Below are positions 1-7,251 of a stretch of DNA of 64,000 nucleotides, piece by piece. The DNA is taken from positions 40,242 through 104,241 of the forward strand of contig CALWLN010000214.1 of NCBI GenBank assembly GCA_944381535.1. Direction: 5' to 3'. Position 1 is the first letter of the stretch, and every line of letters begins with the position of its first letter. The DNA is from an uncultured Lachnospiraceae bacterium (GTDB lineage: Bacteria; Bacillota; Clostridia; Lachnospirales; Lachnospiraceae). The translations under genes were made by a program, and so were the position numbers. The notes beneath the pieces were generated by a model. It did no database searches. It was not told where the DNA came from and was given only the letters and a program-made list of their open reading frames with translations.

Positions 1-281
1 GTGCCGCTCAAATCTCCCGGCAATTTTATATCCAGACTGCCGCTCGAATCTCCCAACGCTTCTTCCAGACTGCCGCTTAAATCCACTGCGTCCGCCGCTC
101 CCTGCTTTCTTTCCCTCCGGCTTTCTGCGCCGGCTTCCAAAAAGGCCGCCGCCTCCTCGATCACGTCAAAGCCCTTATACTCCGCTCCGGGAAATCCGCT
201 GATATTCTTCTGGCAGTCCGCCCAGGTCAGATAAATCCCGGGGGTCAGCCCTTTTCTTACCGCATAATATTTTTTTGCCAT
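1..281 (-). CDS. Ribonuclease H family protein; only the N-terminal part is present (gene runs off the left edge)
   Basis: Absent from the ORF track because no stop lies in the window. ATG at 281 is preceded by GAGGGA. My translation MAKKYYAVRKGLTPGIYLTWADCQKNISGFPGAEYKGFDVIEEAAAFL fits the RNase H1/viroplasmin N-terminal hybrid-binding domain. A repetitive GD(L/S)SGSL linker follows, and the frame stays open to position 1. Confidence 0.6.
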   Translation of the reverse strand, partial: MAKKYYAVRKGLTPGIYLTWADCQKNISGFPGAEYKGFDVIEEAAAFLEAGAESRRERKQGAADAVDLSGSLEEALGDSSGSLDIKLPGDLSG

Positions 282-330
282 GATTCCCTCGTTTTCATTT
301 CTAGTCTATTTCAGCCACAGCACATTTCCG

Positions 331-1239
331 TCAATCCTTCTGCTTCAGCCGCAGCACGTTCTCATCAATCTGAAAGCTGGAAAAGCTGCGGATAAAGCTG
401 GAAAACCGGCTGAATCCGTACTGCTTCACCCTGAAATCCGGGTAGGCGCGCCGCAGTTCCTCGTAGACCATGCTCATATTGTCCACCTTGCCGCCGTTGC
501 TCTGCAAAAACTTGGTGATGCGGGCCTCAATCTCACTGCGGGTCACCCCGGTTTTCTTATCCTGCACGAAATAAGTGCTTCCCTTCTTGACCACCTCAAA
601 ATTCTCAAGCCCCTCCAAAAAGGTGGACAGCTTGGAATATCCGAAGTTACGCACGTCAAAATCCGAAAACTTCTTGGTCAGAAAACTGCCAACCTCGGCA
701 ATCCCCGTAGGTTTCCCCAGGTTGTTGTTCTCGGTCACAATTTTCTCCACAGCCGCCTGAATATCCTCCAGGCTGGTAATCTCTCCCTTGGACACCTCCT
801 CGGAAGCGATAACCTCCAGAATCTTAAAGGCGTCGCAGGCCTTTACAAAGGGCGTGGGCGTCTTGCGCTCTCCCATACCCAGCACAAACATTCCGGCTTC
901 CCTGAGACGCTGAGCCAGCTTGGTAAAATCCGAGTCGCTGGAGACGATGCAAAAGCCCTCCACGTTTCCCGAATACAAAATGTCCATAGCGTCGATGATC
1001 ATAGCCGAATCCGTGGCATTCTTCCCGAAGGTATAGCTGTACTGCTGCATGGGGTTCACCGACCACTCCAGGATGACATCCTTCCATCCCCGCTTGGTGG
1101 TATCCGTCCAATCTCCATAAATACGCTTGTATGTGGCGATCCCCATATCCGACACCTCGTCAAAAATGTACTTGATGTATCGGGGCGATACATTATCAGC
1201 GTCAATCAACACCGCAAATCTTTTTTCTTTCTGTTCCAT
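331..1239 (-). CDS. NYN (LabA-like) domain protein with C-terminal OST-HTH/LOTUS repeats
   Basis: 302-aa ORF. FAVLIDADNV and GFCIVSSDSDFTKLAQRLREAG are NYN nuclease-fold signatures. The C-terminal half carries two LOTUS-like units (FGYSKLSTFL and QYGFSRFSSFI). An AAGAGGA RBS lies upstream. Confidence 0.75.
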   Translation of the reverse strand: MEQKEKRFAVLIDADNVSPRYIKYIFDEVSDMGIATYKRIYGDWTDTTKRGWKDVILEWSVNPMQQYSYTFGKNATDSAMIIDAMDILYSGNVEGFCIVSSDSDFTKLAQRLREAGMFVLGMGERKTPTPFVKACDAFKILEVIASEEVSKGEITSLEDIQAAVEKIVTENNNLGKPTGIAEVGSFLTKKFSDFDVRNFGYSKLSTFLEGLENFEVVKKGSTYFVQDKKTGVTRSEIEARITKFLQSNGGKVDNMSMVYEELRRAYPDFRVKQYGFSRFSSFIRSFSSFQIDENVLRLKQKD

Positions 1240-1303
1240 ATTTCATCCTCTTTTTATGCAAAAGCATAATTCTCTTTCTATTCCTATTCGTCGCAATCAG
1301 CAT

Positions 1304-2341
1304 TTACTCCAGCACCAGATACGCATCCTCTTTCTTCGTCACATACCCGATCACTTCCGCGCAGGGTATCGAACTCTTCAGTTCCGAAAGGAGCCTTTGC
1401 GCATCCCCCTCGCTCACCGCCATCAGCAGTCCGCCGGAGGTCTGGGGGTCGTACAAAATATCCTGCATGGCCCTGGTGACGTCTCCCTTCACCAGCACGT
1501 CCCGCTCCGCAAAATCCCGGTTCCGGTACGCCCCGGCAGGGATAAAGCCCATCTCTGCCAGTTCATAGGCCTCCTTGTGATAGGGCACTTTTTCCGTCTC
1601 GATATGAATGGTCAGTTCACTGCCCCGTGCCATCTCACAGGAATGTCCCAGAAGGGCAAATCCGGTGACGTCGGTACACCCATGCACCTCATATTTCACC
1701 ATAATATCCCGTGGGGTCCGGTTCAGCTGGGCCATCTGGGCATAGATCTTGTCCATCAAAGGAGCCTCCACCATCTCCGCCTTGGCGGAAGTGGTGAGAA
1801 TTCCAATGCCCAGGGGCTTGGTGAGGATCAACACATCCCCCTCCCTGGCGGAGGAGTTGGTCAGTACCCGGTCCGGACGCACAAATCCGGTGACGGAAAG
1901 CCCATACTTTGGTTCCGGATCCTCAATGGTATGGCCGCCTGTAATGATGGTCCCCGCCTCATAGGCCTTCTCATACCCACCCCGGAGGATCTCATAGATG
2001 GCGTCCTTCCCCATCTTATTGGTGACGCACATCACATTCATGGCCAGCCTTGGCTCCCCGCCCATGGCATAGACATCGCTTAAGGCATTGGCCGCGGCAA
2101 TCTGCCCAAACAGAAAGGGGTCGTCCACGATGGGCGGGAAAAAGTCGATGGTCTGCACGATGGCAAGCTCCTCATTGATCACATACACCGAGGCGTCGTC
2201 GCTCTTATCATACCCCACGATCAGCCGTTCATCCTTAAGGACCGGCAGGTCTTTCAGAATCTGGGCCAGAGTGCCGGCCCCCACCTTAGCCCCGCAGCCT
2301 GCGCAGGTGGCAAGCTTAGTCAACTTGATTTCATTCTCCAT
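1304..2341 (-). CDS. selD: Selenide, water dikinase (selenophosphate synthetase), Cys-type
   Basis: 345 aa. The N-terminal LTKLATCAGCGAKVG matches the SelD glycine-rich Cys/Lys loop (E. coli GAGCGCKI), and the rest is an AIR-synthase-like fold. The active-site position is Cys, not an in-frame TGA. Confidence 0.9.
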   Translation of the reverse strand: MENEIKLTKLATCAGCGAKVGAGTLAQILKDLPVLKDERLIVGYDKSDDASVYVINEELAIVQTIDFFPPIVDDPFLFGQIAAANALSDVYAMGGEPRLAMNVMCVTNKMGKDAIYEILRGGYEKAYEAGTIITGGHTIEDPEPKYGLSVTGFVRPDRVLTNSSAREGDVLILTKPLGIGILTTSAKAEMVEAPLMDKIYAQMAQLNRTPRDIMVKYEVHGCTDVTGFALLGHSCEMARGSELTIHIETEKVPYHKEAYELAEMGFIPAGAYRNRDFAERDVLVKGDVTRAMQDILYDPQTSGGLLMAVSEGDAQRLLSELKSSIPCAEVIGYVTKKEDAYLVLE

Positions 2342-2573
2342 GAAAAATCACCTCATAGCCTTCCTCCGTCTCCCGGACCATCTGCTCCATCTCCCCGTGT
2401 GGGTCCGGCTTTACGGTATAATCCTTCGGTCCCCAGAAACGCACACAGGTGCCGCAGGAGGAGCTTAAACTCCGCGGCACCGGCATTAACTGGGCACTCA
2501 TTCCCTCCCGCTGACACTCCCGTTTAAATCGGATCGCGCCAAAGTGGGAAAAAAATGTTGCAATATAATACAT
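2331..2573 (-). CDS. DUF3343 family putative Se/S carrier protein
   Basis: 80 aa with the MPVPRSLSSSCGTC motif typical of DUF3343. It overlaps the selD start by 11 nt, which suggests translational coupling. Confidence 0.7.
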   Translation of the reverse strand: MYYIATFFSHFGAIRFKRECQREGMSAQLMPVPRSLSSSCGTCVRFWGPKDYTVKPDPHGEMEQMVRETEEGYEVIFHGE

Positions 2574-2581
2574 GGTTTCTC

Positions 2582-2785
2582 CTAACTCTGATACAGCCGA
2601 AGGCGATAGTCCGCGCCCTCTCTGGTATACTCCACCTCGTAACCGTTGTGCTGGGCAAAGCGGGTAACATTTTCAAGGGCGGTCTGATTATCCACCATCA
2701 TCTCGTATTCCTTCTCCTTTGAGGCCATGGCCTTCTTAATTCGAATCACCGGTTCCGGACAGGAAAGTCCTCTTGCATCTATCAT
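2582..2785 (-). CDS. yedF: TusA/SirA-like sulfurtransferase, YedF-type selenium metabolism protein
   Basis: MIDARGLSCPEPVIRIKKAM carries the TusA CPxP motif. I chose the ATG at 2785 (GAGAGGAAA RBS) over the upstream start at 2821 given in the ORF track. Confidence 0.75.
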   Translation of the reverse strand: MIDARGLSCPEPVIRIKKAMASKEKEYEMMVDNQTALENVTRFAQHNGYEVEYTREGADYRLRLYQS

Positions 2786-2857
2786 ATCAAATTTCCTCTC
2801 TTTCCACAATCTTTTTCTCATTTTCTTCCAGTTCTTTTACTGCCGGGCACATTTTCC

Positions 2858-3925
2858 CTAATTTTCTTTTTTCCGGGTGTTGACAATGGCAATGACCAGC
2901 ACTACCGCAAGCCCCACAGCCACGCCGACTTTTCCGTTGAAAGTGGGACCCTCTCCGGAGGAGGCCATGGAAAAGTTATGGGCAAAGGCGGCTCCCATAA
3001 AGAGGCCCAGCACCGTAACGGCTGAGTCCGTATTGCCCTCTCCGGTGAGCACCAGCTGACGCAGGGGACAGCCTCCTAAAAGCACGCTGCCAAATCCCAC
3101 CAGCAGCATCCCCAGAAGATTCCAGAGGCCGTCGGTATGAGCCACCGGCTGTCCCGCAAATCCAGGATGGAAATTACCGACAATGGCATTTACCACAAGG
3201 GCCGCGGCAAAGATGGCCACAAAGCCGCACAGAAGCTTCCACTCCCGGAAGAGTACCGCGTCACGGATTCCGCCCACCATGCAAAGTCTGGTACGTTGGG
3301 CCAGGGCGCCCACGATAAGTCCCGCCGCCAGAGAAATGGCAATGGCCGCATGCTTTGCTCCGGGACCCACACCCGGCTCCGTAAAGAAAATAAAGGACGG
3401 CGCAGCCACAAGAAGCACCAGCAGGACAATCTGAATGGCCGGCATCACCGCCCCCTCCAGACGGGTATGCTGGTAGGTCCGCTTCAGACTGTATCCCCGA
3501 TTTAAGAAAAATACGCCTGCCAAAATTCCCAGAATAAAGCCAATCAATCCGAAAATGGCGTTCCAGTCACCACCGGCCAGCCTTAAGATCATGCGGAAGG
3601 GGCAGCCCAGGAACATGAGACAGCCAATCATCACAAAGAATCCCAGCACAAACCGCGTCATGGGGGAGGAGCCGCCTCTGGGGGCATATTCCTTTCTGAC
3701 AAGCGCAAGGATTAAGGCGCCCAGAATCAGGCCGATGATCTCAGGCCGTATGTACTGTACCGCTTCCGCCCGGTGTACGCCTAAGGCGCCGGCGGTGTCC
3801 CGGATGAAGCAGGCAATGCAAAAGCCCATATTTTCCGGATTTCCGGCAATGACCAGACCAGCGGCAATGATGCCGATGACAAGGCCGGCAATGAGGATGG
3901 TAAGTAGTTCTCTTTTTGTTTTCAT
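2858..3925 (-). CDS. yedE: YedE family selenium metabolism membrane protein (putative Se transporter)
   Basis: Polytopic membrane protein with paired Cys-containing re-entrant motifs (GFCIACF and RLCMVGG, GGCPLRQL). Start set at 3925 (MKTKRELL) behind an AAGGAGA RBS. Confidence 0.8.
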   Translation of the reverse strand: MKTKRELLTILIAGLVIGIIAAGLVIAGNPENMGFCIACFIRDTAGALGVHRAEAVQYIRPEIIGLILGALILALVRKEYAPRGGSSPMTRFVLGFFVMIGCLMFLGCPFRMILRLAGGDWNAIFGLIGFILGILAGVFFLNRGYSLKRTYQHTRLEGAVMPAIQIVLLVLLVAAPSFIFFTEPGVGPGAKHAAIAISLAAGLIVGALAQRTRLCMVGGIRDAVLFREWKLLCGFVAIFAAALVVNAIVGNFHPGFAGQPVAHTDGLWNLLGMLLVGFGSVLLGGCPLRQLVLTGEGNTDSAVTVLGLFMGAAFAHNFSMASSGEGPTFNGKVGVAVGLAVVLVIAIVNTRKKEN

Positions 3926-4164
3926 AATTTCTCCTTTTCCCGTGTCAATCATCTTAAGATAATCTTATTTGTGTATAATGCAACATACTACTACTGTTAT
4001 TGTAACGTAAATTAGAAATTTTGTATAATTGATTTATTTCTATTTTTATTATGATTCATTTATTTTTTCTATAAATCTGTTCCCATTTTTCAGAAAATGA
4101 GTTATACTTATCAGAAAGAGTACTGCTTCCTCAATATTTTGCCCTGTTACAGGAGAATTTTATT

Positions 4165-5343
4165 ATGAATCAAACGAAACTCTATTTTGACAATGCCAGC
4201 ACCACCTTCCCCAAGCCGGAGGCCGTTCCGACGGCCATGGCCGATTTCATCCGCTATCAGGGAAGCAATATCAACCGGGGGACCTATTCCACCGCATACG
4301 AGACCGAAGAACTGGTCTTTGAGACCCGGGAACAGCTCTGCCGGCTGTTCCATTTTCCCCACAGCAAAAATGTGCTCTTCACAGCCAACGTGACCACCAG
4401 TCTGAACCTGGTCTTAAAGGGCCTGTTAAAGCCCGGCGATCATATTCTGACCTCCGCCATGGAGCACAACGCCGTCATGCGCCCTCTGGTGCAGCTTGAA
4501 AAGCAGGCAATCACCTTTACCCGGATTCCCTGCAACAGGCTGGGGGAACTGGACACCGCCTCCATGGAGGCCCTGCTGACTCCCCGGATCAAAGCGTTGG
4601 TATTAACTCACGCCTCCAACGTCTGCGGTACCCTAATGCCCCTGAAGGAGGTGGGCACTTTCTGCCGGAAACACGGCCTGTATTTTATTGTGGATGCCGC
4701 CCAGACCGCCGGCGTTTTCCCCATTGACATGGAAGATATGAAGATAGACGCCCTCTGCTTTACCGGACACAAGGGGCTCTTAGGCCCCCAGGGAATCGGC
4801 GGTCTGATTATCCGGGACGAACTTGCCATGGAGCTTACCCCCTTAATCAGCGGAGGCACCGGCAGTATCTCCCATCTGGAGGAGGTTCCCGACTTTCTGC
4901 CGGACCGTTTTGAGCCGGGCACCCTGAATCTGCCGGGGATAGTGGGGCTTCATGCCGCCCTCGCTTATCTGGAGGAGACAGGAATGGAGCAGATCCGAAA
5001 CCGGGAGCTCGCCCTGACAAATTTATTTTTGAAGGGCATAAAAGAACTTAAGAACATTCGGCTGATTGGAAAAGCAGGCACAGAAAACCGCGCTCCTGTG
5101 GTCTCTCTGCAGATGCTTCATATGGACAACGCCGAGGCCGCCTTCCGCCTGGAACAGGAATATGGCATTCTGACACGGGTGGGCCTGCACTGCGCTCCCA
5201 ATGCCCATAAAACCTTAGGAACCTACCCCACCGGCACCATACGATTTTCCTTCGGTCATTTTAATAAAGAAGAAGAGATACATACGGCCCTCCGGGCGCT
5301 GGGCGCTTTGGCCGCCAGCAACCGCCAAACTTATATATACTAG
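4165..5343 (+). CDS. Class-V aminotransferase: cysteine desulfurase / selenocysteine lyase family protein
   Basis: 392 aa. Contains the PLP lysine motif [12 protein letters not shown] and the catalytic-Cys loop [10 protein letters not shown]. It is short at the N-terminus, like the selD-linked desulfurase subfamily. RBS is CAGGAGA. Confidence 0.8.
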   Translation: MNQTKLYFDNASTTFPKPEAVPTAMADFIRYQGSNINRGTYSTAYETEELVFETREQLCRLFHFPHSKNVLFTANVTTSLNLVLKGLLKPGDHILTSAMEHNAVMRPLVQLEKQAITFTRIPCNRLGELDTASMEALLTPRIKALVLTHASNVCGTLMPLKEVGTFCRKHGLYFIVDAAQTAGVFPIDMEDMKIDALCFTGHKGLLGPQGIGGLIIRDELAMELTPLISGGTGSISHLEEVPDFLPDRFEPGTLNLPGIVGLHAALAYLEETGMEQIRNRELALTNLFLKGIKELKNIRLIGKAGTENRAPVVSLQMLHMDNAEAAFRLEQEYGILTRVGLHCAPNAHKTLGTYPTGTIRFSFGHFNKEEEIHTALRALGALAASNRQTYIY

Positions 5344-5354
5344 GAGAGAAGAAC

Positions 5355-6245
5355 ATGGATTTCAGACAATTAGAAGCTTTCTGTGCCGTAGTGGAATGGG
5401 GCAGCTTTTCAGAGGCCGCCAAGCACCTCTACATCACCCAGCCCACCATCAGCAGCCACATTCGTACCCTGGAGACAGAGTTAAACGTCCGCCTTCTGGA
5501 ACGGACCACCAAATCGGTAGCCCCAAGCCCCGAAGGCCGGCAGTTCTACGAGTACGCCAAAAGCCTCCTGCGCCTTCGGGAAAAAATCATGCAGGAATTC
5601 AACAAGACCACCAGGAACGTCATCCAGTTCGGCGCCTCCTCCATTCCCTCCGCCTACATACTGCCGGAGCTTCTCTCCGCCTACCGACGGAAAAACACCT
5701 CCCTGCAGTTTGACGTGGTGCAGTCTGACAGCCAGGGAATCCTGGACCGCATTTTAAGCGGAAGCCTGGACATGGGGATTACCGGCAGCCCCGTAACCAA
5801 CGACTCCTGCCACTGCAAGCCCATTTACCGGGACGAGATGGTCCTTGTCACCCCTGCCACCGCCTACTACCAGAAGCTGCGCCAGGAGAACTGTCCCTTA
5901 AGGCAGCTCCTTACGTCCCCTTACCTCATGCGGGAGGACGGCTCCGGCACCAAGAAGGAAGCCGACCAGTTCCTGGAAACCCTGGGCCTCGACAGCGCCA
6001 CCCTCAACGTCGCCGCCCGCATGAACGACCTAGAGTCCATTAAGCAGTCCATCATTTACGGGCTGGGCGTTTCCATTCTCTCCAAAAAGGTGACCCGGGA
6101 TTTGGAGCGGGACAACCGGGTGCTGATCTTCCCGCTGACCCAGGGCGGCATTTACCGGAACTATTATCTCATTTATCGGAAAAATAAGATTCAAAACAGG
6201 CAGATGTGGGATTTTATTCAGTTTGTGGAGGGGTATTACCGTTAG
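5355..6245 (+). CDS. LysR family transcriptional regulator (selenium-cluster associated)
   Basis: N-terminal wHTH (FSEAAKHLYITQPTISSHIRTLE) plus a LysR substrate-binding domain. It starts 12 nt after the desulfurase stop. Confidence 0.85.
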   Translation: MDFRQLEAFCAVVEWGSFSEAAKHLYITQPTISSHIRTLETELNVRLLERTTKSVAPSPEGRQFYEYAKSLLRLREKIMQEFNKTTRNVIQFGASSIPSAYILPELLSAYRRKNTSLQFDVVQSDSQGILDRILSGSLDMGITGSPVTNDSCHCKPIYRDEMVLVTPATAYYQKLRQENCPLRQLLTSPYLMREDGSGTKKEADQFLETLGLDSATLNVAARMNDLESIKQSIIYGLGVSILSKKVTRDLERDNRVLIFPLTQGGIYRNYYLIYRKNKIQNRQMWDFIQFVEGYYR

Positions 6246-7089
6246 AAAGAAACAGCGCAATCTTCTGCCGGGCAATCCGCTCATTACAATATACAAAATT
6301 AAACTCTCCGCTTATCTTAAAATCCTCCACGGTAAACGTGGCGAGATCCTGGCGGCAGCCCACAACCGGCTGGTAAGCAAAGGTGATGGCGCGGCTATTG
6401 GCGATAAAGTCACAGATAACGGAGAAGCTGCTGACTGAAATGCAGCGTCTGAAGTGCTCCAGCGAAAACCCCCGGTCTGTGATGGCCTGGGTTAACAAGG
6501 TTCTCGTTCCCGACAATTTCTCCCGCACAATGATATCCTCACGGAAAATTTGTTCCAGCGTGACGCTCTTGCCCGCAAAGGGATGACTTTTTGCGCAGAC
6601 ACCCACAAATGCTTCCTTTTTATAGAGATGATATCCATATCTGGATTTATCAAAAACCCCCTCCACAATGGCAAAATCAAGCTGCGAATGCTCCAGCATA
6701 TGCAGAAGATTTCCGGTATTGTCAATGGTAAGCTCCAGGTTATGCCGGGGCGAGCGAAGGTATGTACATATTTGGGGGAGTATCACAAATTCCCCGATGG
6801 TTTTTGTGGCGCCCACAGACAGATGAATGGAATCACTGGGAATAAAGCGCTCACGTATATCCGCTTCCTCCGCCTTGATGCTGTCCAGATATCTTTTCAG
6901 CTGCTCCGCGTTCCTGGTTCTTAAAAGCGCGCGGCCATCATATTCAAACAGCTTGACGCCGTAGTAATTTTCCAGATAATGGATATGCTGGGTGACCCCC
7001 GGCTGTGTCATATTTAATTTTTCGGCAGTTCTCCGGTAATTCATTTCATCATAAAGGGTGAGAAAGGTATATACCCTGTAATCTAACAT
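6214..7089 (-). CDS. LysR family transcriptional regulator
   Basis: 291 aa with wHTH YRRTAEKLNMTQPGVTQHIHYLE. It is divergent from the 852-aa oxidoreductase, and its 3' end overlaps the other LysR gene by 32 nt. Confidence 0.85.
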   Translation of the reverse strand: MLDYRVYTFLTLYDEMNYRRTAEKLNMTQPGVTQHIHYLENYYGVKLFEYDGRALLRTRNAEQLKRYLDSIKAEEADIRERFIPSDSIHLSVGATKTIGEFVILPQICTYLRSPRHNLELTIDNTGNLLHMLEHSQLDFAIVEGVFDKSRYGYHLYKKEAFVGVCAKSHPFAGKSVTLEQIFREDIIVREKLSGTRTLLTQAITDRGFSLEHFRRCISVSSFSVICDFIANSRAITFAYQPVVGCRQDLATFTVEDFKISGEFNFVYCNERIARQKIALFLSNGNTPPQTE

Positions 7090-7113
7090 CGCAGCCTCCC
7101 ATCATTTGTGATA

Positions 7114-7129
7114 GTTCGGATAATCGAAC
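7114..7129. promoter_or_regulatory. Candidate LysR-type operator (GTTCG-N6-CGAAC), flanked by a TTTGTGAT direct repeat
   Basis: GTTCGGATAATCGAAC is a perfect 5+5 palindrome in the divergent intergenic region. It is flanked by TTTGTGATA (about 7105-7113) and TTTGTGATT (7131-7139). This is a sequence observation only. Confidence 0.25.
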
Positions 7130-7251
7130 GTTTGTGATTATTTTATTTTATTGAATGATAAAAAATGATAATTTGATTTTATCGCATTTGCATGTTATAA
7201 ACAAGGGAGAAGTAAAATATTTCCACCATAAAAATTGAAGGGGTGATACGT

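Noticed and set aside
1-234. 77-aa plus-strand ORF at the left edge
   Set aside because: It is antisense to a minus-strand frame that gives a convincing RNase H N-terminal domain with a proper RBS. The plus-strand product is low-complexity Ser/Pro/Ala repeat sequence.
280-2083. Long plus-strand ORFs (280-1269 at 329 aa, 1127-2083 at 318 aa)
   Set aside because: They are mirror-image ORFs on the opposite strand of the NYN and selD genes. They have no domain signatures or RBS and are rich in Leu/His/Gly/Arg, as is typical of antisense frames in GC-rich coding DNA.
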